This document shows, piece after piece, positions 22,703-31,828 of a DNA stretch of 64,000 nucleotides. The position numbers were made by a program, and so were the translations under genes. The stretch's first letter is position 1, and every line of letters starts with the position of its first letter. This DNA is from Alphaproteobacteria bacterium (GTDB taxonomy: Bacteria; Pseudomonadota; Alphaproteobacteria; RF32; CAG-239). The stretch lies in assembly GCA_045597005.1 (NCBI GenBank), contig JAZODJ010000012.1:18919-82918 (forward strand), read 5' to 3'. The notes beneath the pieces were generated by a model, which saw nothing but the letters and a program-made list of their open reading frames with translations, had not been told where the DNA came from and did no database searches.

Positions 22703-23686
22703 CTATTCTAAATCATCCGGCTTTGGCAAATCTATCTGTACTCTCGGCGCATTATCATCCTGAGGAACCAATGCTTGCAATGTGCCGACAGCTTTTTTAC
22801 GCTTCAACTTATTAACAAATTTTAATGAACGTTGAGCATCCCACTTCTTTTTTCCTTCTTCGCGTTGGAAAATTTGCTGATAAACCTCAGAAGCTTGGTC
22901 AAACTCTGATAATTTTGTTAAACATGAAGCTAATCCGTCATACAGCTTATGATGGTACCTGTTACCAACAATCATCTGAGCTTTTTTATAACACTTCAAC
23001 GCATCATTAAATTTCATCATTTTTTGATACACAAAACCGATCGAAATCCAAGCTTGAATTTCTCTGCTGTCTATATTCAAAATCTTTGTAAAACATTTAA
23101 TCGCCGAATTATTATCTCCCATCAATTGATAGGTAACACCGACACCGTTCCAAGCTTTAATATTATTTTTATCTGCTGCAAGAACTTTTTTGAAAAAAGA
23201 GATAGCTCTGTCATATTGCTTTAATTTTTGTAATGTAACGGCAACACTCAACAATGTTTGTGCATGTTTATTATCAATCTTCATTGCCTCTTCCAAAACA
23301 TCCAACGCTTCTTTATAGGCAAACATATGTTGCAAAGCTATAGCTTTACCGTTCAAAGCCTCTAACGATGTTTTATCTAAAGCAACAGCTTCATTAAAAC
23401 ACTGAATAGCATCTTTATAAAGACCGCGCATACTGAGTGTCACGCCTTTATTATTCAATACTTCAACCGAATTAGGATTAATTTCCAAAGCTTTATCAAA
23501 ACATTCAACAGCTTCGGTATATTTGCTGAGTTTTTGATAAGCAAAACCTTTCGAATTCAACGATTTCCAAGAATCCGGCTGTTCTACAATCGCCGCATCA
23601 AACTGTGCGATTGCCTCTCTATACATTCCTTGGTCAAGAAGCTCTTGACCTCTCTTATATGACGTATTATCGTTCGATTTGACCAT
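22703..23686 (-). CDS. tetratricopeptide repeat protein
   Basis: about eight 34-aa TPR units (KG..Y..L..Y.EA..CF.KAL..NP). Confidence 0.92.
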   Translation of the reverse strand: MVKSNDNTSYKRGQELLDQGMYREAIAQFDAAIVEQPDSWKSLNSKGFAYQKLSKYTEAVECFDKALEINPNSVEVLNNKGVTLSMRGLYKDAIQCFNEAVALDKTSLEALNGKAIALQHMFAYKEALDVLEEAMKIDNKHAQTLLSVAVTLQKLKQYDRAISFFKKVLAADKNNIKAWNGVGVTYQLMGDNNSAIKCFTKILNIDSREIQAWISIGFVYQKMMKFNDALKCYKKAQMIVGNRYHHKLYDGLASCLTKLSEFDQASEVYQQIFQREEGKKKWDAQRSLKFVNKLKRKKAVGTLQALVPQDDNAPRVQIDLPKPDDLE

Positions 23687-23768
23687 TTTTCTCTCTTTTC
23701 AATTATAAAGTTCAAAATAATTACGTTGTCAAACGTACCACAAACATAAGATTTTGTCAAGATTCGAG

Positions 23769-24743
23769 CTATATAATTTTAAATAAAGAAATAAAACTTT
23801 TATCCGCACTAAAATCAATCATTTGACAACCAAACTTTTTGCAAAAATCTTTTCGCAATTTTCTTTTTTGTTCAAAATATTCAACATATTTTTTTCGATA
23901 CACTTTTGACGTCGTATCAATCAATACTTTTTCACCATTATATTCAGCCATATATTGCCCTGAAATCGGGGCTTTTTCTTCTAATTTATCAAAAACATTA
24001 ACAACAATCATTTTTGTTTTTTTAGCAAGCATTGCCAATTCTGCATCAACCTCACCATCCCAACAGCCAAAAGAACTGACAATAAAAAGCCCTGCTTTAT
24101 TTTTTACACTTGTTTGCAGCAATTTTAAGGACTTCATTTTTTCCGTTTGTGATATGACATGTTTATTCAATGAATATTTGCTGACTTCTGCAATTTTTTT
24201 TAAAATCGCAGACAAGTAGGCTCTGTCATTTCTTGGTTTGAATATCCACGAACGTTCTCCGTCAAATATTACACAACCAAACCTATCTTTATTATTCAAA
24301 GCGACCCAACCAAGTAATGCTGCTATTTTCGATGCCGTAACAGATTTCAATTCTTTAACCGAACCAAACATCATTATCGACGATAAATCAAGCCACACAT
24401 AAACTTCTCGATCTCTTTCTTCCGTATATATTTTTGTATAAGGTTTTTCTTTTCGAGCCGTAACCCGCCAATCAATATCGCGAACATCATCAGCATATTG
24501 ATATTCTCTAATTTCATCCATTTCCATGCCTCGTCCCTTAAACACAGATTTAACATCTCCTGACTGATAAGCATAAGTTTTGGATTTATCCTGATTTTGA
24601 ATATACGAAGCATATTTACGCATATTCATCAACTCATCAAGAGAAACATACAAACCGTTCCCTTCCTGATATCTGTTCGTATTTGATTTAAAAATCTTGG
24701 ATGTTATTTTTTTCAACTTACTCATCGCAAAAACTTTCTGCAA
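23769..24743 (-). CDS. DUF58 domain protein (MoxR partner)
   Basis: GRGMEMDEIREYQ..DDVRDIDWRVTAR, DLSSIM.FG; abuts moxR; alternative start at 24725. Confidence 0.92.
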   Translation of the reverse strand: MQKVFAMSKLKKITSKIFKSNTNRYQEGNGLYVSLDELMNMRKYASYIQNQDKSKTYAYQSGDVKSVFKGRGMEMDEIREYQYADDVRDIDWRVTARKEKPYTKIYTEERDREVYVWLDLSSIMMFGSVKELKSVTASKIAALLGWVALNNKDRFGCVIFDGERSWIFKPRNDRAYLSAILKKIAEVSKYSLNKHVISQTEKMKSLKLLQTSVKNKAGLFIVSSFGCWDGEVDAELAMLAKKTKMIVVNVFDKLEEKAPISGQYMAEYNGEKVLIDTTSKVYRKKYVEYFEQKRKLRKDFCKKFGCQMIDFSADKSFISLFKII

Positions 24744-25706
24744 TTAAGGAAGCGGCACCAACTTTAAAATCGATGCAATAACATCATCTGTTGTTATTCC
24801 TTCGGCCTGAGCTTCAAAACTCAAGATAATACGATGACGCAACACATCATAAACAACGGCATGAATATCTTCCGGAGCAACAAAATCTTTTCCCTTAAGC
24901 CATGCATTAATTTTTGCACAACGATCTAAAGCTAACGTTGCTCTCGGACTGGCTCCATAGGTCACATATCCTTTCAACGAACTGTTATATTTTTCCGGAG
25001 TTCTCGTTGCCATAATCAACTGAACCAAATATTCTTCTAAAGCATCACTCATATGTACTTTTAATGCGTCTTTTCTGGCTGACAAAATATCATCTGTAGT
25101 AATTTCTTCAGGCAGCTTTGAAATTTCTCCGTCAATTTCTTCTCTGACCAAATGCAAAATTTTTCTTTCCGTTTCCGTATCGGGATGATTAATCTTAATA
25201 TACATCAAAAACCTATCCAACTGAGCTTCCGGCAGATTGTATGTTCCTTCATGTTCAATAGGATTCTGAGTGGCCATAACCATAAAAAGTTTTGGTAATT
25301 GATATCTTTTACCACCGACACTTACCTGTCGTTCTGCCATTGCTTCTAACAATGCTGATTGCACTTTAGCCGGCGCACGATTAATTTCATCAGCTAATAC
25401 CAAATTAGCAAAAATGGGGCCTTTTCTAAATTCAAATTCTCCCTTTGAAGCAACATAAATATCGCTTCCCGTTATATCTGACGGCAACAAATCAGGAGTA
25501 AATTGTATCCTGTTATAATCAGCTTTTATCATTGATGCCAATGTTTTTATTGCTTTAGTTTTAGCCAACCCCGGCGCTCCTTCAACAAGCGCATTTCCAT
25601 CAGCCAACAGCGTAATCAAAAGCTTATTTATTAAATCTTGTTGACCTAATATTTTTGAATTCATAAATTTTTGCAAACCAATAATTTTAGAGCGTATTTC
25701 TGACAT
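24744..25706 (-). CDS. moxR: MoxR family AAA+ ATPase
   Basis: GAPGLAKT, RIQFTPDLLPSD, DEINRA, ATQNPIE, LPEAQLDRF. Confidence 0.95.
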   Translation of the reverse strand: MSEIRSKIIGLQKFMNSKILGQQDLINKLLITLLADGNALVEGAPGLAKTKAIKTLASMIKADYNRIQFTPDLLPSDITGSDIYVASKGEFEFRKGPIFANLVLADEINRAPAKVQSALLEAMAERQVSVGGKRYQLPKLFMVMATQNPIEHEGTYNLPEAQLDRFLMYIKINHPDTETERKILHLVREEIDGEISKLPEEITTDDILSARKDALKVHMSDALEEYLVQLIMATRTPEKYNSSLKGYVTYGASPRATLALDRCAKINAWLKGKDFVAPEDIHAVVYDVLRHRIILSFEAQAEGITTDDVIASILKLVPLP

Positions 25707-25809
25707 TTTTATAATCCTTTTTTTATGCTAAAAAGTCCGATTTTGTTCTTTTCATATGAGAATATATTATATATATTGCTTAAAGGTTAAAAAAACAAGA
25801 AGATTAGCA

Positions 25810-28074
25810 ATGGATGATATTTTTAATTTAAGTGATGACAATGATTCTCTAAAAGACAACATTTCTCAATTGATGCCTTCTTTTGAGTGGTTGGATGGTC
25901 TTAATCCGGAACAGCGTCAAGCTGTAGAAACAACCAATGGTCCGATTCTTGTACTTTCCGGTGCCGGAACAGGCAAAACCAAAGTACTTACCACGCGTCT
26001 TGCATATATTCTCTCACGTCACTTAGCTAATCCGTGGGAATGTTTGGTTGTAACATTCACCAATCGTGCTGCCAAAGAAATGAAAGAACGAGTATATAAT
26101 ATTATCGGCGAAACATCTTCGTCAGTATGGCTCGGAACTTTTCATAGCATTTGCGTAAAAATATTACGTAATCATGCAGAACTTGTCGGACTTCACAACA
26201 ATTTTACAATTCTTGGCGAAGATGATCAAAAACGCCTTATCAAACAAATTTGCGAAATTAACGGTATTGATGACAAAAAATACCCTCCTCAATCGGTCCT
26301 CGAAAAAATAAGCCTTTGGAAAGACAAAGGAATTAATGTTGATAAAATAAATTCAGATTTCAAACAAAACACCTTAACCAAGCTTTATCAACTATATCAA
26401 AAAAGGCTCAAAGAACTAAATTGCGTTGATTTTGGCGATATTATTCTTTATACACTAGAAATCTTGATGAATAACACAGATATTTTAGAAAAATATCAAA
26501 ACCGTTTCAAATACATAATGGTTGACGAATATCAAGACACCAACATAAGCCAATATATGCTCATAAGATTATTAAGCCAAAAACATCGCAACCTTTGTTG
26601 TGTTGGTGATGATGACCAATCAATATATTCTTGGCGCGGTGCCGAAATTGAAAACATTTTACGATTTAACAAAGACTTCAAAGATGCTATTACCATTAGA
26701 CTTGAAAGAAATTATCGTTCAACCGCCCATATTTTGGCAGCTGCTTCGTCTTTGATTACCAACAATTCCGGAAGACTGGGCAAAACATTAAAAGTTGCCG
26801 AAAATTCACCTGCTAATAAAGTAAATAATTCTAAAATCAAAGTAGTAAGCACATATTCCGGCGACGATGAGGCCGGTTATATTACCGAAGAAGTTGAAAA
26901 TGCACATCGCGACGGATATTCATATTCTGATATAGCCATTTTAGTACGTACTGCCGCTCAAACTCGCGCATTTGAAGAAAAATTTATTTCCGAAGCAATC
27001 CCCTATCAAGTAATCGGAGGTCTCAAGTTTTACGAACGAGCAGAAATTCGCGATGCTTTAGCTTATTTTAGAGTCATACTTCAACCCAATGATGATTTAG
27101 CATTTGAACGAATAATCAACAAACCGGCCCGTGGCATTGGCGCAAAGTCAATTGAAAAATTTCAAAATGAAGCCCGCCAAAACCACATATCCCTTTATAT
27201 GGCTGTAGAAAAAATGTTAGCTGAAGGGGCAATCACCGGAAAATCAAAGAGTTCACTTTCTCAATTAATGCAAAATTTTAAAGAATGGCGTCAAGCTTCT
27301 CAAGCATTGTCTCCTGACGACATAGCAACATCTGTTCTTGAAGACAGCGGTTATTATGATATGTTAAAAAACGATTCATCAGCAGAAGCCCCCGGACGTA
27401 TCGAAAACCTAAAAGAACTTATTAATGTTATGAGCGATACGGAAAACTATCCTGATTTGTCTGCTTTTATGGAACATGTCAGTTTAGTTATGGATAATGA
27501 TAACGATAATAATGAAAACAAAGTTCGTTTAATTACTCTTCACTCTGCCAAAGGACTGGAATTCGATGTCGTTTTTCTCCCCGGCTGGGAAGAAAACCTT
27601 TTTCCGCATCAACGCGCCCTTGATGAAGGTGAAAACGCACTGGAAGAAGAACGCCGTTTAGCTTATGTCGCCATAACTCGTGCCAAGCACCGTTTATGTA
27701 TTTCAATGGCGCATAATCGACGTGTCTACGGACAATGGCAAAACAATCTTCCATCTCGTTTTATAAATGAACTCCCCAGAGCAAACATTGAGTTGATAAA
27801 CAAATGTTCTTATTTTAGCTCCAACAAATCTTATTATCGTCCTGATTATAACAAATCAAACAACTATAATTCTTATGAAGAAACCACATATGACGATGAC
27901 AAAAGATACAGTTATGTAAAAGAAAAAATACACAATAATCTTGGCAAACGAGTATATCACCAAACATTCGGTTATGGCAAAATTGTAGCCCAAGATGGTA
28001 ATACCGTCCAAGTATGTTTTGATACCGGCGGTATCAAAAAACTGATGAGTTCATACTTAAAAATAGTTGGATAA
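25810..28074 (+). CDS. uvrD: UvrD/PcrA family DNA helicase
   Basis: GAGTGKT, DEYQD, VGDDDQSIY.WRGA, TLHSAKGLEF, EERRLAYVAITRA. Confidence 0.96.
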   Translation: MDDIFNLSDDNDSLKDNISQLMPSFEWLDGLNPEQRQAVETTNGPILVLSGAGTGKTKVLTTRLAYILSRHLANPWECLVVTFTNRAAKEMKERVYNIIGETSSSVWLGTFHSICVKILRNHAELVGLHNNFTILGEDDQKRLIKQICEINGIDDKKYPPQSVLEKISLWKDKGINVDKINSDFKQNTLTKLYQLYQKRLKELNCVDFGDIILYTLEILMNNTDILEKYQNRFKYIMVDEYQDTNISQYMLIRLLSQKHRNLCCVGDDDQSIYSWRGAEIENILRFNKDFKDAITIRLERNYRSTAHILAAASSLITNNSGRLGKTLKVAENSPANKVNNSKIKVVSTYSGDDEAGYITEEVENAHRDGYSYSDIAILVRTAAQTRAFEEKFISEAIPYQVIGGLKFYERAEIRDALAYFRVILQPNDDLAFERIINKPARGIGAKSIEKFQNEARQNHISLYMAVEKMLAEGAITGKSKSSLSQLMQNFKEWRQASQALSPDDIATSVLEDSGYYDMLKNDSSAEAPGRIENLKELINVMSDTENYPDLSAFMEHVSLVMDNDNDNNENKVRLITLHSAKGLEFDVVFLPGWEENLFPHQRALDEGENALEEERRLAYVAITRAKHRLCISMAHNRRVYGQWQNNLPSRFINELPRANIELINKCSYFSSNKSYYRPDYNKSNNYNSYEETTYDDDKRYSYVKEKIHNNLGKRVYHQTFGYGKIVAQDGNTVQVCFDTGGIKKLMSSYLKIVG

Positions 28075-28079
28075 AAATT

Positions 28080-28110
28080 AAAGCCTACTCATTAAAAAGT
28101 AGGCTTTTTT
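28080..28110 (+). terminator. intrinsic terminator after uvrD
   Basis: AAAGCCTACT ... AGTAGGCTTTTTT. Confidence 0.75.
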
Positions 28111-28273
28111 ACTACTCAATTCCCGTAAGATTATGAGCCAAATTTACTTCGTTATTTGCTTTATCAAAACAAGAAAAATATTTTTTGTGAATAAACTTTA
28201 TTTTTTTCAATCTCTTCAAAAATATTTATTGACAAAGACAAATATAAATATTATTAAAGACAACGAATTTGAT

Positions 28274-28349
28274 GGCGGGTTAGCTCAGTCGGTAGAGCGG
28301 AGGAATCATAATCCTTGTGTCGTGGGTTCGAATCCCTCACCCGCTACCA
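28274..28349 (+). tRNA. tRNA-Met (CAT), probably elongator
   Basis: cloverleaf GGCGGGT/ACCCGCT acceptor, GAGGA-ATCATAA-TCCTT anticodon arm, TTCGAAT T-loop, CCA end; TTGACA at 28229. Confidence 0.95.
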
Positions 28350-28603
28350 TAAAACGAAAGCTCCTTTTTTAAGGAGCTTTTGATTTATCTGTAAGGGTTG
28401 GGATCTGAACCCACGAGAAGTGGGTTTGACTACAAGGCAAAGGCAGACGGAAGTATGCCGGTCAACGAAGTTGATTGCCGCAGTGAACGTAGCGTAAGCG
28501 AAGTAATCCCTCACCCGCTACCATAAAACGAAAGCTCCTTTTTAAGGAGCTTTTGATTTATCTGTAAGGGTTGGGATCTGAACCCACGAGAAGTGGGTTT
28601 GAC
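28331..28603 (+). repeat. tRNA-Met-linked direct repeat (100/99-bp copies, 174-bp period)
   Basis: 28331-28430 equals 28505-28603 except for one T in a poly-T run; each copy starts with the tRNA 3' end AATCCCTCACCCGCTACCA. Confidence 0.95.
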
Positions 28604-28700
28604 GGTTCATCGTCAGGTTCAGGGGCATCGTCAAAGTATGGGGCAAGAGTAAAAAATTATAAAATATTAATCATCAGTTCCACCTCAAAATACACCTTAA

Positions 28701-28956
28701 ACAAAAAAAAGCTCCGCATAAGCGAAGCCTTTTTTGAATTGGCGATCTCGAGAGAAGCGCTAAGTAAAAACAACCGATACTCCGGTTGTTTTTATCTGTA
28801 AGCTCTTTGTAATATCTTGTTGAGCTGGCGAAATTATTTGAGCAACAGCGAAACTAGATACCTAAGAACGAACCGTTTTAGGTTCGACCTCAAGAGATGC
28901 CACAAAAAAAAGCTCCGCATAAGCGAAGCCTTTTTTTGAATTGGCGATCTCGAGAG
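28701..28956 (-). repeat. tRNA-Arg-linked direct repeat (~55-bp copies, ~202-bp period)
   Basis: 28701-28754 nearly equals 28902-28956 (tRNA 3' end CTCTCGAGATCGCCA plus terminator hairpin). Confidence 0.92.
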
Positions 28957-29018
28957 GATTCGAACCTCTGACCCACAGCTTAGAAGGCTGTTGCTCTATC
29001 CAGCTGAGCTACGAGACC
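28942..29018 (-). tRNA. tRNA-Arg (TCT)
   Basis: reverse complement GGTCTCGTAGCTCAGCTGGATAGAGCAACAGCCTTCTAAGCTGTGGGTCAGAGGTTCGAATCCTCTCGAGATCGCCA. Confidence 0.97.
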
Positions 29019-29189
29019 AACTGACGAAGTGTAAAAAAACATATTTTTTTCTCAAAGTCAAGACAAGTTTATAAAAAAACATAATTCTTTCACAAACCAT
29101 AAGCAATCCTCACATATTTTAACTTAAAATTAAATTCTCAATATTATCATATATACTAACTTAAACTAATTTTACAGGATAACAAAAAA

Positions 29190-29963
29190 ATGGAAAAGTC
29201 TACAGTAATTGGTATGGTTGGTGGTATTGGTTCGGTTGCTGTCGGTATGGCCTTAAAAGGTGCCGACCCTCATGCACTTATCAATCCGGCCGCATTTTTA
29301 ATTATTTTTGCAGGTACCGCTGCCGCAATTTTCAACGCCTTTCCGATGAAAGATATTAAACGCATTCCTAAACTATTCAAACTATTGTTTACCGGCAAAC
29401 ACTTTACTCCCAAACAAGAAGTATTAGAGCTTTTTGTTGCAGCGGCAAAAGCCTCTAAACAAGAAGGTGTTATGGCTATCGAAAAAAAGGCCAACGAAGT
29501 TGAAGATCCGTTTATTCGTTCTGCAATGACAATGGTTGCCGACGGTTTTAACGGCGAATTTATTTACAACGTTCTTGATGCCGAAATCAAACAAATGGAA
29601 GAACGTCATCGTGCCGGAGCATTAGTATTTGCTCAATGCGGTATGTATGCACCTACCCTTGGAGTTTTGGGTGCGGTTATCGGTTTGATTGCCGCTTTGG
29701 GTAACTTAAGTGATATTGACCAACTCGGACACTCTATTGCAGCAGCGTTTGTTGCAACTTTGCTTGGTATTTTCACAGGTTATGTTTGTTGGCACCCTTT
29801 TTCTAACAAATTAAAACAAATCAGTGCCGAAGAAGTCGAAGTTAAACGTATGGTATTAGAAGGAACTTTAGCTCTTCAAGAAGGCGCTTCAACAATCGCT
29901 ATGGAATCTCGTCTCCAAGCATTCATTCCGCTCTCTGAACGCAAATCTTTACGCGATCAATAA
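29190..29963 (+). CDS. motA: flagellar stator protein MotA
   Basis: YAPTLGVLGAVIGLIAAL, AFVATLLGIF..Y..W.P..NKL. Confidence 0.95.
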   Translation: MEKSTVIGMVGGIGSVAVGMALKGADPHALINPAAFLIIFAGTAAAIFNAFPMKDIKRIPKLFKLLFTGKHFTPKQEVLELFVAAAKASKQEGVMAIEKKANEVEDPFIRSAMTMVADGFNGEFIYNVLDAEIKQMEERHRAGALVFAQCGMYAPTLGVLGAVIGLIAALGNLSDIDQLGHSIAAAFVATLLGIFTGYVCWHPFSNKLKQISAEEVEVKRMVLEGTLALQEGASTIAMESRLQAFIPLSERKSLRDQ

Positions 29964-29986
29964 ACAATAATTAAAAGGAACAAACA

Positions 29987-30649
29987 ATGGTAAAGAAAAA
30001 ACCTTCACATCCGCCTCATGAAGAACACGCCGACGAGACATGGCTTGTACCATATTCAGACTTGCTGACATTGTTGCTCGCTTTGTTTATTGTTTTGTTT
30101 GCATCTTCAAGTATTGATAAAAATAAAGCAGCCCAGATTCAATATGCTTTGGCCGCAGCATTTGGTGGAGGTGTAACCGAAGAAAACGAAGGTACGATAA
30201 TTAATTTTATAAATGATGCCAAAGACCTAAAACTTGAGGATGATGGTGTTACAATATCCTCTGACGCCAACGGCGCTACATTAGAAATGACTTCAATCAA
30301 TTTGTTTGACAAAGGATCTGTGATCTTAAAACCGGAAGCGATTCCCGTAATCAAAAAGATTTCATTGCTTCTTAATTCAAACAAATACAAAAAATATCGT
30401 ATTGTTGTCGAAGGCCATACCGATGACACCAATGAATCGGAAACTCTTCCTTCAAACTGGGAGTTATCGGGTGCCAGAGCCGGAGCCGTTACTCGCGAAA
30501 TGATATCAAATTCTATGGAAACGAATCGTTTCAAAGCTGTAGGACTAGCTGAAATTTCACCGGCCTACCCCAACAAAAATCCTTATGGCGAGCCAATTCC
30601 CGAAAATAGAATCAAAAATCGCAGAGTTATCGTAAGAATTGAATTTTAA
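29987..30649 (+). CDS. motB: flagellar stator protein MotB
   Basis: WLVPYSDLLTLLLALFIVL with the conserved Asp; OmpA-like domain GHTD, NWELS.ARA, NRRV. Confidence 0.95.
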   Translation: MVKKKPSHPPHEEHADETWLVPYSDLLTLLLALFIVLFASSSIDKNKAAQIQYALAAAFGGGVTEENEGTIINFINDAKDLKLEDDGVTISSDANGATLEMTSINLFDKGSVILKPEAIPVIKKISLLLNSNKYKKYRIVVEGHTDDTNESETLPSNWELSGARAGAVTREMISNSMETNRFKAVGLAEISPAYPNKNPYGEPIPENRIKNRRVIVRIEF

Positions 30650-30670
30650 TATATCAACAAGGACATACAA

Positions 30671-31828
30671 ATGAAAACGGCAATTTGCTTGCACAATGCA
30701 ACAGTACTAACCGGATTTTCCATAATGCATAATTGTGCTGTCTATATCAAAAACAATCAAATTGCCGATGTTTACAACGAAGAACGTTTCAATCAAAAAG
30801 TATTTGCGCCCAAAGTCAAAATAATTGACGTCAAAGGTGCTTATGTTATGCCCGGTTTTATAGATACTCATATTCATGGTATCGGCGGCAAAGGAGCTGA
30901 TGATGCTGACTATAAATCGATTCTCCATATGTCAAAAGTTTTGCCGCAATACGGTGTTACTTCGTTTATTCCTACTTGCTGCACCGCAAAAGAAGCCGAA
31001 CTAATCAAAAAAATTACGGCTATTGTCAAAGCATGCGGCAAAGAAAAAGGCGCCAATATTTTAGGCATTCATCTTGAAGGACCTTTTCTCTCACCCGAAC
31101 GTATCGGCGCACAATCTGCCGATGGAATTTCACCGGTCAGCCTCCCGCTTATGCACCGCTTATACAAAGCCAGCAAAAATAAGCTGATTAATATGACGGT
31201 TGCACCGGAACTAAAAGGAATGCGCGAGCTTGCATTATATTGCAATGAAAAAGGCATAATCCTTCAAGCTGGTCATACTAATGCCACATATGAACAAATG
31301 CTTGAAGGAATGCAAGCAAACATTATGCATGTAACCCACCTTTTCAATGCCATGCGACCAATGCATCACAGAGAGCCTGGTGTCGTCGGATCTGTACTAA
31401 TACATCCCGAAGTTTCTTGTGAAATTATCGGTGATGGTGTCCACATAAACCCTCATCTGATAGACTTATTGATGAAAAGCAAACCGTTAAGCCAAATTGT
31501 TCTTATAACCGATGCCCTATATCCGGCCAAAACCGATTTATCACAATCTCCGGAATTATATTTAAACAAATGTTTTTATCGCAAAGAAGACAACGTCATA
31601 AACGGATCGGCCATTTCGATGCTTGATGGTTTCCGTAATCTGATTTCTTGGGGTGTTCCGATTGAAAAAGCTGTTCGTATGGCTTCGACCAATCCGGCAC
31701 AAATAATGAAACAAAAAAACAAAGGTTTGCTAATCCCCGGATATGATGCTGATGTCATTGTTCTGGACAAAGACCTTAACTTGATGCACACAATAATTAA
31801 CGGACAATTTATAGAAGGAATACAATAA
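30671..31828 (+). CDS. nagA: N-acetylglucosamine-6-phosphate deacetylase
   Basis: PGFIDTHIHG, HLEGPF, GHTNA, THLFNAM, DGVH, LITDA. Confidence 0.95.
   Translation: MKTAICLHNATVLTGFSIMHNCAVYIKNNQIADVYNEERFNQKVFAPKVKIIDVKGAYVMPGFIDTHIHGIGGKGADDADYKSILHMSKVLPQYGVTSFIPTCCTAKEAELIKKITAIVKACGKEKGANILGIHLEGPFLSPERIGAQSADGISPVSLPLMHRLYKASKNKLINMTVAPELKGMRELALYCNEKGIILQAGHTNATYEQMLEGMQANIMHVTHLFNAMRPMHHREPGVVGSVLIHPEVSCEIIGDGVHINPHLIDLLMKSKPLSQIVLITDALYPAKTDLSQSPELYLNKCFYRKEDNVINGSAISMLDGFRNLISWGVPIEKAVRMASTNPAQIMKQKNKGLLIPGYDADVIVLDKDLNLMHTIINGQFIEGIQ

Noticed and set aside
12696-24256. AACGTTCGT (12696-12704) and ACGAACGTT (24248-24256) resemble the Mpi core ARACGTWCGT in inverted orientation
   Set aside because: Only 9 bp, both inside coding sequence and 11.5 kb apart; compatible with chance.
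28133-28801. ORF-track calls 28133-28372 and 28571-28801
   Set aside because: They overlap tRNA-Met and the tRNA-linked repeats; no RBS or protein-like features.
28331-28956. Repeats near the tRNAs as a CRISPR array
   Set aside because: Only two copies each, derived from tRNA 3' ends; no cas genes.
29190-30649. MotA/MotB-like pair next to a tRNA as Zorya ZorAB
   Set aside because: MotA lacks the long ZorA tail, no zorC/D/E genes follow, and motifs are canonical flagellar stator.
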